Shown: positions 32,741 to 49,076, counted from the first letter of the whole stretch. The stretch is DNA of 63,798 nt, filler included, from Salisapilia sapeloensis CBS 127946 (GCA_023334545.1; 13 parts of 13 records of this genome joined end to end with filler, not necessarily neighbours in it); one strand, 5' to 3'. Made by a program: numbers and translations. The notes: generated by a model not told the origin, from the letters alone.

Positions 32741-34175
32741 TCATAGCTCGGCAAGTAACGCCGTCACGTCTTCGACAGACAAATCTTCATCTTGCTTGTG
32801 CAAAATCTGGCGCACAGCTTCAGGGGCATTTGACGCAGATAACGATGACGAGCGTTCGACATAATGCAGCAGCTTGTCTTGATTCGCGTCGACCCACTTT
32901 TGATACCGCAGCGATTGCTCTGGCGTTAAGATCGAATGGATCATCTCCGAGTGCCGCTGAACAGACTCTGCACGCTGCTCGAGACTTTGCTTAAGCTGCG
33001 TTAAATAGGTCACGGCCATCGCGATACGCCGTCGCTCTGCTTTGCTCACACGAGCATCCACGTTCTTGTACAAGTTCTTGAGCTTCTCTTCTTGTTCATA
33101 CGTGAGCGTAAGTTCATTCGAAAAAGCTTGCCATAGATTCTCCTGCCGCACGTGTGTCTTTTGCTTCCGATCACTTGTCTCGAGACTCGGCTTCGTGGAC
33201 GAGTTGTCAAAGAAAGCGTCGTCTTGGACACTTAGCCACAAGAGGAAACGAGCGTAGGGAGGCAGCAAGAGATTGTCCAATTGACGAAAGTTGTAGTCTT
33301 TCACGGCAGCACGTTCCTACATGAGGGTGTGACGAGAGGACATTCAAGTGGACAAGAAGAGGACGTACCAAACTGTTCGGACCGAAGCGCTCGAGCGCGA
33401 GCTGGACGCCTTGACTGATCTTATCCGAGACACTCTAGAGACATACATGAGAGCTGCTTCCTATAGTATACATATGTCCTGCCTACCTCCTCGGTGGCGT
33501 TCTGCATGTCGTTCGCGAGTTGTTCCAACAAGTCCGAACGTGCTCGCGCGAGCATCTCGTCTGCGTGCTCCAAGTGACTCGCACGTGTCTGATCGATGCT
33601 CTCCGTGAGCTGTGACACTTTCTCCTCTAGTAGCTCTAAGTACTGCTTCTTACGCCGACGGCTCTGTCGTGCAGACTCTCGGTTTCTCGCCAATCTACGC
33701 AGCAGATGAGTATCATGTCGTACCATGATCAAGACTATAGTAACCTCCTCTGTCGCTTCTCATCGCTCTCGCCAGTAGAGTTCGCATTGCTGCTCGTGTT
33801 CGATAAACTACGCGCTCGGCCGGTCGATCCAGTGCTCGATGGCCGGCTCATCGGCCCTGGTCGAGTCGATGTTGGTGTAGAAGACGCCATGGCAACGTCC
33901 CCTGACGTATCCACTTGTTGCATCGATGTTTGCATGCTCTGCTCGCCCGTTGATACGTTCGTTGAGCCAAACGCGAGGGAATCTGGTGACGTCGTCGGCG
34001 TCATGGGTTGGCCGAGGGAAAAGCGCTCCGTGGGCGCTCCGCCGCCTAATGTCGGGTACAGTGGACCTGCATCCGGTGCTGAGGAAGCTTTGGGTGCACT
34101 CTGGTGCTCATTCGCTACATCTGCCGAGAGAAAGTAGCTCAATAAGTCGTCGTCCTCGGCACTCAGTTCCGCCAT
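32741..34175 (-). CDS. bZIP transcription factor, 4 exons
   Basis: Splicing (intron 33744-33695) gives EKRQRRLARNRESARQSRRRKKQYLELLEEKVSQL, with canonical Asn/Arg. Helical C-terminal domain. Confidence 0.9.
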
Positions 34176-34485
34176 TTGTGCTTGTGGCGAATATGTGGTG
34201 TCTTCACCCTCGCTTGTAGCATATATTCAAGATCACAATCATATGGGAAAAGAGAGGATTTTACCACTTCATGATTACAAACACCAAGAGTGTTTTTTAT
34301 AAAACTGTGTTTTTACAATTTGCAATATAGTTCTAGAGGGTATCACGACAAACGTCGTAATGGATCCAGATCGACATTCGATGCATCTCATATCCATCAA
34401 TGCTGTCGAGAACACAGGTCTGACCTGTATATCGTTCTGTATGATGCGTTTATACTGTAAAATGACATAGAGTGGTATATACTAA

Positions 34486-37899
<3,414 letters not shown>

Positions 37900-38036
37900 A
37901 CAGAGGTGACAAAGAATGCATGCTTTCCTATCCATTTTATTACCAATGTCCAAGGCTTGTCTTGATACGCGTAGTCTGTCCTTATATTTACACCACGCGC
38001 CTGCATTCATACCTGCAGATCTCGTACCGCCACACC

Positions 38037-40613
38037 TTACATGAAGCTAAATGCTGAATCACTACCGCCTGGTCGACCGGCAGGAGAGTTCCGTGGGGAC
38101 GTACCGACGTTGAACAAGTCCTTGCCATAGTTCTTGAGCGCCTCGTGCTGCGCCACGGGACTTCGGACAGCACTTGGGGCGTCCAAGTCCAGCAGGTCAT
38201 TCGACTGCGGACTCGACGTCGCAGGCGTCTCCTGTACTCCTGCCCATGCCTGCTCGGCCGGCTGAGGAGACCCTGGCTGTCCGCTTATAAACCCAAAGCC
38301 ACTGGCGTTCGGACTGAACTGCTGCGTCTGCTGCGCTGGACCGTTGATGAGGTCTGCAGTTGGGCTAGTGGGCTGAACAGGAGGCGGCGACGCCCCGTGC
38401 TCTTGCGGGGCACCCAAGAAGCCAAAGCCACTGCCGGTGGGGCTGAGCTGCTGTGTCTGGTGTGATGGCTCGTGCATCCCCATCCAGTCCAGTCCGTCGT
38501 TCGTCGAGTGAGCAGACGACACGCTCTGCTGTCGGTCCATGAACATACCACTTCCACCTTCTTGCTCCGGGATCGTCCCGACAGCCGAGTCCGCTTGCGT
38601 GTACCCCATGAGGTCATACGACGGTGCAGCGTTGCCAGCATACTGCTGCGCCTCCCACACCTGCTGCGATGCCGTAGATGCAGTCTCGAACCCATCCAGC
38701 AATGACGAAGGCGCCGTCTCCACTGCTGGAGGTGCGTCCTGGACGCTCAAGCCGTCAAAGCCCAGGAAGTCCACCTCGTCCTTCTGTCTAGACGCAGGCA
38801 TCTGCGTGTGACGTGGACGAGACCGTCGTGCTGGTGCTGACGCCGTCTCTCCAACATCCACGCCGAGTTCCCGTAGCACCTGCTTCGCCTTCGACACGAC
38901 CGTTGGCTTGGCATCTCTTGCCAAGTGCTCAATCACCTCTACATTCGCTTCGAACCACTCGACGTATGGCGCCGAGTTGGCTGACTTGAGCAGCGCCAGG
39001 ACTACATACAGCGCCTTGAGACGCACCTGCCACGTGTCGTCCTCCAACTTATCCAGCAGAATGTCTCCTATCGTCTCTGAATCCAACGTCTGCGCTAGTT
39101 CCACAAACCTCTGCAACGCATCAGATGGCGGCGCTCGCGCTAGACCGACGGACGCGCACAAGTTATCGATCATGTTCCGCTCATACTCGTGCGACGTGTC
39201 GCCACCGCCTGTACCATTATGCTGGAGCGACTGCTGATAGCCTCTATCAATGACACTCGGACCAGCGTGCAACTCATCATGATCTGCGAGAGAGTAACCG
39301 ATGCTCTTGTCCATGTTCCGACGGTGGTACATGTCCACTGCTTCGTGACTCCATTTCTGCAGCCCTTCCACCGTCTTCCCGAGCTTGGTCGTATGCAGTT
39401 CTTCCTTACTCGGGATATTCGCCGGGAGACTGCTGTTCAGCATCTTGTTCATATTGCTCATGTACTTGGGTAAGTTCGACTGCGACGTATCGGTGCTCGT
39501 GTGATTGTAGCGATGGGTACTAGGTCCGACACCTCCAGAGACGGAGTTACTCATGCTCGGTCGATGGCTATTCGCCGCAGCACCCGTGCGACTCGATGCA
39601 AAGCCACCAGTGGGCTTTGGGAAGTTGAGCGACTGACCGACGAGCACCGTCGGCCGATTGTCACGCGAGTACCTCGACCCACTGAACCTCTGCTCGGCAC
39701 TCGCCGTCTCTTTCTTCTGATACCCAGAGTTACTCCACGTGCCTGCACCAACAGCCTTCGTCTCCGGAACGCTAGGCGTGACAGGCGGTTGGGACCACGA
39801 CTGGAAGCCGCTGGCGTGTTGGACACTTGGCTGTGGCCCGCTACTGTGGTGCGATGGCTGCGAGTGGGTGTACTGAGGAGCAGCAGGTTCCTGTCGCGAT
39901 GGCTCGTTGCCCCAATGCTGCTGAGGAGGCATGCTCCCACCGAGATTCTGGGCGGCTAGAGCCATCGGTGGATGGACTGGCGCGTTCCCACGAGCTTGTT
40001 CGAGCTGATGTCTGGACAAGTTGCCATCGTTCAGACAGACAAGTGCTTCCTACACATATGTTTAGATGAGACGTATGGCTCACATAAGGGACGATGAGAT
40101 GTACTTGTGAAGCAACTCGAATGCGTCGGTACTTTTCATCTCCGAGAGTCGGATCAGGAGGACCAGTGTACTCTACAGACAGTATAGAACTGTTAGCGGT
40201 GTAAATAAACAAGTCTGTGGTAGTGTATACGAAGGTAGGTGACGATGTCTCGTTCGTATTTACGAATGGCGTCCGCAAAGTCCGACGTGCCCTCCCTCAG
40301 ACAGTACTATCAACAGCTTCATGAGACATCTTATTACGATCTCGTACACACCTCAAGTACCGATATAATCTGCAAAGCTTTCAACTTGACATTCAAGTTG
40401 GTTTTACCGACTCTACCCATGAGGAAGTCGGCTATCTTCTCACTGTCCTTCCCACTCGCTCTCGTCATCTCTAATAACATCACATACACGTTACAAAACT
40501 TGGCTTACGACGCTATAAAAAGGGGGACATGTACCACATATATTCTCCATCAAGTAGTTCGGTACAGCCCCATCATGGAGGCTCGTGGCCTCCGCTAGCG
40601 TCTGCCGATTCAT
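38037..40613 (-). CDS. TEPSIN: Tepsin (AP-4 accessory protein, ENTH + tVHS), multi-exon
   Basis: 5' exons missed by the track encode ATSLHDGAVPNYLMENI, VKLKALQII and YTGPPDPTLGDEKYRRIR (tepsin ENTH). Second domain WQVRLKALY. C-terminus SAFSFM. Confidence 0.8.
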
Positions 40614-40722
40614 CTCTCCGTCGTATACAAATGGTCTATACGATAAGGTATCACGTGACTCGAAACGTATCAATATTACAGCAAATCAGATAAAGGATAA
40701 AAGTACCCACGAGGTCATTGCG

Positions 40723-43700
40723 ATGGGCCAAGCCGGGTCGATCGAGCAGAAGGCGGCCGTGCAGGACGTCCTACGTCTTCGAGCGAATGATGCGAATGCC
40801 AATACGATTCGACATGCATTGCAAACCTTTTCACTTGCATTTCCACCTGATGTATGCCCATTTAAATCGTCATATACCTTGGATTTTGATCGTATGAATC
40901 ATAAAGCAGGAGGCATGGGTGCATGATGAAACGAATGTTGTGAGTGTGAAAGACAGAAAGCTCGTGGAAATGATACATGCATTGCTACAGGACCAGACGG
41001 AAGCTAATGTCGATGAACGTGATGAAAGCTTGGTAATTTAGATGCTACGGAAGCAAAAGCTCGTCTAGTAACCGTACCTATGACTAGATCGATCAGCTCT
41101 TGCGTGTCTTCCGTCGCGTTATCCAGTGGAGAGAACTGCATCGATTATGTGCCAAATTATCCATGAAGCCCTTCCTCCTATGCCTCGTATAGTGACCTAC
41201 TTTTACATCCAAGCTCTACTATCTAAGCCACCTTTGTCCATACATGATAGGAGATGACGCCGGAAATTACGCTATCTAGCCTCGAGACGCTGCTGGCTAT
41301 ACTTTCTCCTTGCGCAGATGCATCAGACCGGGCAGAAATGTCCAACCGAAGGAGATTCGCTGAAGACAGCGGCTTCCTCTCTCTTCATGACTTGCTTGTT
41401 AAATTCTGTAGCGACATGGAGAACGATCCAGACGCAGAGAATGTCCTGCGTCTTGTACTTGACTTGTATAACTTGCCATTACGTGCACGTCGCACATATA
41501 CAGATCACCAGACACTTCGTACTGCCCATGCATCTCTCCATACCGCTCGCGTTCCTTTGCTCGATCTCTGCCATCATACAAATAGCCTACTACAGCAAGC
41601 AGCCATCAATCTCGTCCGCGAGCTCTTCCATCAAGGCAGTCTAGAGCAAATCCATGAGCTACAGGAATCAGCAAGAGAGTACGGCGCCTTGCTCCACTCT
41701 CTCCTCGCCGCCATCTCCACTGCTCATTCGCTTCATGCCACTAGCGACTCGACGCAGACACCTCTAAAGGACAAGCACATCGAGTTAATCGAGATGTTTT
41801 GTGCTCGTAACCAGAAATCACGACGAGTGATGAATCGCATCGTACCAGTCGACCATTTCCTCAGCGTCGTGCCTTCACAAGTCGTTGCCAAGCGTCCTAC
41901 TCGATCCGCTTCATCTCTCACTAGCAAATCTTTACCGTTTGATCTTGAAAACTACGTTTCTTCCAGTTCTGCAAACCTCCGCACTCGCTTCTCCTCTCGC
42001 CATATCTCTACCAGCGTCTTTGACACCCTGGCGTCCGATGCACGAGCGCAAGGAGAGTGCTGGCGGTCACTCGTGCAGCAACTGTCGCGAGATCATAAAC
42101 GTCCAGAGCTCATGTGGAACGAACCGGTGCGACAGGAGCTACGAGAAGCGCTCGTGGAAGAAGCAGAGGACCTGGAAGTCCGGAATCGTGACGCTCGATC
42201 CAACGGAGAAGGCTTTGCGGTCTGGCACCACGACCTCTTCTCCGTCACTTACACTTCCATCGACAAGCAGCTCGTCGTCGCCGGATACTTTGTTGATCTG
42301 CTCATCCCTGCTTTGTCTGACTATTCCTCTCCATCCTTTGAAGTCACCGAGCCGGTCATCCTCGCGTGGCATCTCTCCGATCGTCTCGTGACGGAGGATG
42401 ACCTCGATAGACAACTGTCCTGTGTCCGGTGCCTCCGCCTCGTCATGACGCGATACGCTATGCGCTTCCACGGTCAACTACCAACTACGCACCTCCTACG
42501 TCTCATCCACACTCGTGACGAGAACCCTTCTCCTGTTTTCCTTCGGGAATGTTTCTTACTGCTAACTGCCATGGTCGAGACCATGCGGCCGAGTGCTGCT
42601 GAGCGAGAGGAAGCGACATTCAAGTCAATGGCGAAAGGCACGATGGACGTTTTGACCGACACGTCCTTCCTCTCTTGCGTTTCGGCATCTGCTCGTACAC
42701 TTCTGGACTCGGAAGACACGAGTGAAGAGGATGATGACTGGGTCGAATTCGTACGTGATAAACCTCCTTCCGCTACGAGTGAAGCAGGCGGTCTCGTACG
42801 TGCTGGAGTCCATCTGCTCTTGTCAGTAGTCCGTCGAGCCAAGCACACGCTCCTCGTTCTCCGGCCGAAGCGCATTGCTTTATGCAGACTCCTTGGACTC
42901 GAAGCACTGGACCACACGAGTGTCCAAGGCATCTTATCTATCCTCAAGCAGCTACAGGCACTCGACCAGGCACAAGGTTGTCAAGTCCTCTCGGCGTCGC
43001 GACGTGTAACCCAGAAAGGAGTCGTCGATACCAAGTGGACACACCTGGCGCTCGTCTACGTTCTGTACGCTAGTTGCGATCCAAAGGGTAAAGGTATGAC
43101 TACATCCTCTGCTGAGTTCCTACAGCAGCTCTTCTGTGACAAAAGCAGGCAGGAAGGATGTAGCATGGAAGTCGAGCGATTGCTTATCGAAGCAGTCGGG
43201 TGCTCCGCCTACGGCATGCGTCTACTCCTCGAAGCCGTGTCTCCAGCAGACTTTGCCAAAGTCTTTAATGCAGACGAGACGAGAGCTGGAGACGTTCGTT
43301 GGGGAAAACGCCAACGATGTCTGGTCTACATGTACCTCGACAGCTCCTACGTAGCGAAGGAATGGAACCGGATGCTTCATGACGTCGAAGTACCACCGGA
43401 AGGTGACGGAGATGTGTTGCTAGATGGACTCTTCCTATGCTCGTACGTTCATGGGAATGGACATTTTCTTACGTCCTGGACACAAGACGCGTACGCAAAT
43501 CTCCTTGCAACTCTCTTTCAGAAACTAAACGAGTGGGGAACTACAACGTCGGTCTCGGAAGACGCAGACGTTCGCATCATTAGAAGCAATGAAGACAAGA
43601 TGGAGCTATGGCAAGCGCAGTCTCTTGTGTTGCGAGCGCTGTCGAAACTCGTTAAGAACCACTGCCAAAGTGTCAGTATCCACGATACGTGGTACGAGAG

Positions 43701-45089
43701 TGCTTTAGCACCTTTGCGAAGGTCTTTGCTTGGTGAAGCAGACCAAGTGCGTGGTGCCGACGCGCTGCAGTTCTTCTCAACTGTCCTAAGCACTTCTGCG
43801 ACGAATGTAAATATTCCGTCTTGCTTGTCTTTCCTAGATACAACCGGTCTACTTCTTCTATCAGAAGCACTGGAAAAGATGCAGACCACGCCCTACCAAC
43901 AGCTCCTACTGGCCAGCAAGGCGAGTGCTCGAAAGCTGCTTTTCCGACTAGCAGACCTTCTTGTCCTCATCGCATCCAACCCTATCGGTGTGTCTGCTCT
44001 AGCACGCAATCGGCGGATCATTCTAGCACTCCTCTCTCTTTCTTCCATGCACCAGATCACGACTGAGTCCACCGATGCGGCTACCGTCGCTCTCCATTCC
44101 CTCGCTTACTTGTGCCACTACCCAGAGCTCCGGGCGCTTGTCATTGAAGCAGGCGGGATCCTGCAACTCGTCCAGACGGCTGCCTTCTGTCCTGCAGAGC
44201 AGATTGTCGGGAACACTTCGGTTGAAAAGAACGTCGCGAGCACTCCGTCTCCCTACTTTTCTTCCGTCCGAAGCGCAGCACTTGTGCTCCGAGCGTGCTT
44301 CATCGATGTCGAGGACCTCGAGTCTTCTTCAACGTACCTCGTACTCGCACAGCTACTAACTCCGTGCTTCGTCAAGGTATCCGCCCACATCTTCTCCTCT
44401 TGTACAACAGCATTAACCAGATCGTCGTAGGTCCTACTCCAATCTCCCGATAGCTTCGTCCTACAACTGCAGTCGCAAGTAGACATCGACTCTATCACCC
44501 TGATATGGACAGCAAGCATGCGAGACACGTTGCAGAAGACATTGGCGAATGAGCTATCGAAAGTCGAGAAGCATAAGAACGCTGGTACATGGCCACGATG
44601 GCATCCAGACCACTTTGTCGCTGCAGACTCATTCCACTACTTGTACCCAGAGCTGCACGACAAACTCTTTATCGACAACGTATACGTCCGCAACTTGCTC
44701 GCAGCTGACAACCCTCTTCTAGATGACATCAACCTCTCTTCCTTCACAGAAGCACTACTCGTCGCCATCCAGAGCCATGAAAACGTCGTCCAGATCCTCG
44801 CTCAGGTACACTCTCATCTCCTTCTCCTCTCTACTCTATCCTCATTGCCATCTAGCGTCAGACGTCCGATCCGAGCAAGCAAGAGACGCTCCAGACGTTA
44901 CGCCAAGCCTACAACCTGGTGATCGAAAAGTACCCGCAGCACAATCTTCGCGTCGAGCCTTCTTTATCTCCACTCTCGTCCGACTCGCATCATCCATTCG
45001 ATGATGAGAGGATCGATGAATGGCAAGACAGTATCGCACCTCGCATGCACCGCATGAGCTCGTCCGACATCGATGACCTAACAGTGTAA
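40723..45089 (+). CDS. RME-8/DNAJC13-like ARM-repeat protein, apparently lacking a J domain
   Basis: Chain of phase-0 micro-exons from ATG 40723 into the 41251-44376 exon; introns 44377-44430 and 44806-44855; stop 45089. IWN-like motifs LMWNEPVRQEL, VRWGKRQR and LIWTASMRDTL, followed by Y..L..EL.(V/I)xxxYV-type motifs. Confidence 0.7.
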
Positions 45090-45183
45090 CTTGGAGTATT
45101 TATATGCAAGAAGACGCGTTGGTTAGTGTTTCCATTCGTTTATTTGCTTTTCAAGTCCAACGAAAAAAAGTCTATCGAGATGT

Positions 45184-46341
45184 CTACTCGGTCTTCTTCA
45201 CCTTCTCTTCATCTTCTTCCGCCGCATGCTGCTGAGCAAACTGCTCAATGCATGACATGGCAAAGTACCCGATGAACGCCGCCATGACGACTGATCCGGC
45301 CTGCGAAATGACACTCGAAGCTTCCTCTGCTTCCCCCGTGTGCTCTGCCTCGGCCTGTTGTTGCGCCGAGTGGAACTTGTGGCGACACTCGAGCAAAAAC
45401 TCGCTCACTTTCGTGTCGAGACCCCAATCCGATGGCGTTAGCTGGGCAATCACCTGCTCCACCTTCTTCATGTACGTGTCCGTGAAGATCGTGATGAAGA
45501 AAGCTGCCTGCAGATTGACCTTGATGAGCGCCTTGCCCACCAACGTCGCGCCGAAGAACGTCCAGAACGGCATGAGGAAGTGGCCGCAGCAGATGCCGCA
45601 CAAGTCGAACGCCACGTTCGGCCAAGCAGACATGAGCAAGACTCCCCAGAAGCCATGGCGCTGCAAAAAGTCGATCATCCAGTCCTTCATCTGGTTCATG
45701 ACGTTGTACTTGGACGTCGACTCAGTGATCTCCTCAAACTCTTCGTTGCGCTGACCGGCTAGACGAGCTGCTCGGCTCAGTGCGTACGGCGGGATCTCGC
45801 CCATGGCAGTGCCGGCACCCCACAGCATGCACGGGAGGAAGACCTTCCAGAAGATCGCCATGAACGTAGCGCCACCGTCCGCTGAGCTCCCCGGCTCGCA
45901 CTGCGTCTCGAACGACCGGAACCACATGTGCGAGCGAGAGTCGAAGCGCACGGACTGGCACTCCTCAGCGCCTTGGACAACGAAAAAGATGTGAGGGAAC
46001 AAGAACAAAATGCCAGAGTGCATGCCCGTGCCGAGGCCGACAGACGACAGGACGCCCAGGCCGACCCACCAGACGACGAACTCGATGTCCGTGTTAAACT
46101 CGTCCAAGTACGAACGGTGGGGCCCGTCCGTCAGTGACGCTGCTCCCCATGCAATGACCAAAGGCACCAGCACGAAGCGTGTGATGTTATGTCTTGCCAC
46201 TGCCAACGTCAGCCAGCTCAGGAAGCGAGACAACATAATACTGAAATGGTACAGCGTGCTTATCGGTCTACGTAGCAACGTCAGCTTACGACGTTCTTCC
46301 CGGAGCTGCGCAGCCATGGCTTCGCTTTTAGCCTCCGCCAT
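45184..46341 (-). CDS. VMP1: Vacuole membrane protein 1 (VMP1/TMEM49, DedA superfamily)
   Basis: GLGVLSSVGLGTGMHSGILFLFPHI, WGAGTAMGEIPPY and SAWPNVAFDLCGICCGHF. Confidence 0.93.
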   Translation of the reverse strand: MAEAKSEAMAAQLREERRKLTLLRRPISTLYHFSIMLSRFLSWLTLAVARHNITRFVLVPLVIAWGAASLTDGPHRSYLDEFNTDIEFVVWWVGLGVLSSVGLGTGMHSGILFLFPHIFFVVQGAEECQSVRFDSRSHMWFRSFETQCEPGSSADGGATFMAIFWKVFLPCMLWGAGTAMGEIPPYALSRAARLAGQRNEEFEEITESTSKYNVMNQMKDWMIDFLQRHGFWGVLLMSAWPNVAFDLCGICCGHFLMPFWTFFGATLVGKALIKVNLQAAFFITIFTDTYMKKVEQVIAQLTPSDWGLDTKVSEFLLECRHKFHSAQQQAEAEHTGEAEEASSVISQAGSVVMAAFIGYFAMSCIEQFAQQHAAEEDEEKVKKTE

Positions 46342-46807
46342 AATCTCTAGATCTAGTAGACAGTGAAGAGACCTCGAGTCCTCTTCTTCCGCCTCCTGAA
46401 TACACGCGAGCGTGAAAATTATGAACGCGTGTTGGTCCGGTGCCTACCTTCACGCAACCTTCGACGAGGTCGTGACAAGATCTGGTCCCGTATCTTATTC
46501 ATCCATCACATGTGGAAATCCAGTCACTTCGACCATGGTCTTTGTAATCGAGGAAGAAGAGATCCTGAATTCTTGAGGTAGTAATGGATGCAGTAGGCGC
46601 ACATGATTGAAGTGGAAGCCTCTACATGAGGCAGCTGCAGTGGCACCAAGTCAAGCGTAATCGGCACTTCTCCATTTGCTACGGCTCGACCAAGTTACTC
46701 CTCCCAANNNNNNNNNNNNNNNNNNNNNNNNNNNNNNNNNNNNNNNNNNNNTTAATTAATTAANNNNNNNNNNNNNNNNNNNNNNNNNNNNNNNNNNNNN
46801 NNNNNNN

Positions 46808-48150
46808 GCAAGACCCATCCATTGTCGCAGCTGCTTGGGTGTCTTGGGCACTGGCCAGTCGCAAATCGACTTCACCTTCTCGGGGTCTGGTCGGCATCCG
46901 TTCTTACCGACATAGCATCCGAGAACAGGAATCTCGTCAACGCAGAACAAGCATTTCTTCAGGCGGGCGTAGAGCTTGTTCTCTCGCATCGCGGTAAAAA
47001 CCTTCCTCAGGTGACCGAGGTGCACGTCCAACTCAGTTTGGGCGTCAGAAGCCTTGCTATGTACAAAGATATCATCGAAGTAGCAAGGCGCGAAGTCTCG
47101 ATGTGGTCGAAGTACTTGCGACACGACTCGATTGAACGTCGCCGGCGCATTTTTGAGGCCCATGGGCATGACGAGCCATTCCCATAACATCCCGCTCGGA
47201 GTGCTCACCGAGGTGAGCGGGATGTCCTCCTCCCGCATCAAGATCTGATATAACCCATCCATCAGATCGATAGTACTAAACATGGTACTACCAGACATGG
47301 TATCCAGAATCATGTCTTTGCGGGGGATCGGCGTTTGCGCCGGAACCGTGGCATCGTTCAGCTTATTGTACGCATGTACGATGCGCCACCCACCAGTGGC
47401 TTTCTTCACACAAAACGTCGGGGTAGAGTGTGGGGAGGTACTCTCACGTACCTGCCCGGCCTTCCGACGTGCCTCAAAGAACTCGTCAATGAACTTCACT
47501 TGTTCACGTGGCAATGGCCACTGACGAGTCACACAATATTTGGTGCCGGGCACAAGATCAATCTCGTGCCGAATGCCTCGATCCGGAGGCAACTGTTCCG
47601 GCACTGTTTCGGGGAAGATGTCCCGAAACTCCCAAGCGAGGTCATACACAGGATTACCACTCGCTTTTAGAGCGTCCCAAGATTGGGACGCAAACCGCTC
47701 CTCTTTAGCGGTCTTCACAGTGGCGCTCGTGCCCTCACGAGCGCGCGTTTTCTCTTTGGCTTTTGTGGTCACTACGCAAACTTGCTCAATTTGCTCAGTT
47801 CGCAGTGCATCCGCAAAGCCATCCCAACTCAGTGGTTTCAACTGAGTAATAGTTTTTCCGTCGCACGGCGGATTCTCAAGCCGTGCTACTCCATGTCTCG
47901 GCCCTTCTGCCGAGAGACTCAATACTGCAACCTCACTTGTTGTAGACGCAGACACTTTCTGCGATTTCACCTTGCGACCAAGCTTGCGAGCGGACCCTTT
48001 CCGCTGACTGGTCGCCTTACTCGTACGCGTCGGTTTTCCCGACGCGACCTCCGCTGAGGATTTCACAACTGTGTCGCCCACAATGGCGACGCTTCTCTTT
48101 GGCGTCTGATTTTCAGACGCGGCCACATCGTCCAGTCCTTCATCCGCTGA
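46808..48150 (-). mobile_element. Ty3/Gypsy LTR retrotransposon pol fragment (reverse transcriptase)
   Basis: Stop-free across the whole contig. WRIVHAYNKLN, IDLMDGLYQI, MPMGLKNAPATF, YFDD and CRPDPEKV. Confidence 0.95.
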
Positions 48151-49000
48151 NNNNNNNNNNNNNNNNNNNNNNNNNNNNNNNNNNNNNNNNNNNNTTAATT
48201 AATTAANNNNNNNNNNNNNNNNNNNNNNNNNNNNNNNNNNNNNNNNNNNNCATGATCCGGCCGATACTACCTTCCACGCTTTGGCATTTTCTATATTAAT
48301 GAGACCTTGCGTTGTCGCATCATCTTCTAGCCTACCACTTTTGTAACTGAACAATCCAGTGGAAAGAGACATTTACGACTTGGCTCTAGTAACGGCTACT
48401 TTAAATCTATGGGAACAAAGGCCCGAAATTAAATACAGGTCTCACTTCTTAGTATCCTCGCTCACTGCCATCCTTGAAAGTCATGAGAGCTCGTCAAACA
48501 AATTGGGCAGTACACGTCAAGGAGATTTTAAATCTCAGCTATAACTTTTGTGCAAAAGATAGAAACAATTCCTTGGAAAGTAGTTGATAGAAGGAAGCAA
48601 ACTTGACCGACTAGAAGTACAGACAATGTGCAAACGATGACCTTACGGGTACAGTCGCAAGTGAGCTGAAGGGGTGGGCTGGATTCAGAAGAGTCCAGAT
48701 GGGTTAAGTCGTGGGAGAATACACTTCGGATATGGCAATTATGCGTCAGTGCTTATGAATGGATGCAACTTGGCCATCTATCGCGCTGAAGACGATAGTA
48801 AACACGATGCTTGTGAATTAGAATTTATAGGACACTCTTCGACTCTCTAGGTAGGTCATGCTGATTTAAAAGTCTCGACTAAGCCAAATGGGTCGATTTC
48901 TTCGGATTGTGCCGTTGTATCTCGTCGGCTCCAATTGGATATTCTCTGGATATATCTACTGGAGCGGTCTTGTCTCCTGCAAGTCCGAATTCAGCAGCAA

Positions 49001-49016
49001 GTTCATTTTCCATTTT
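49001..49016 (+). promoter_or_regulatory. Inr/FPR core promoter of the ankyrin gene
   Basis: GTTCATTTTCCATTTT matches the consensus at 15/16 positions, 60 nt before ATG 49077. This supports 49077 rather than 48888 as the start. Confidence 0.75.
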
Positions 49017-49076
49017 GACCTTCCAAGCCCAAGTTTCCATTCGACGCAACATCGAGTCGTGCTACAAGGACTGCCA

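Noticed and set aside
44590-44620. HPD tripeptide (WHPDHF) as a J domain in the RME-8-like gene
   Set aside because: It lies just after an IWN-like repeat, without the flanking J-domain helices.
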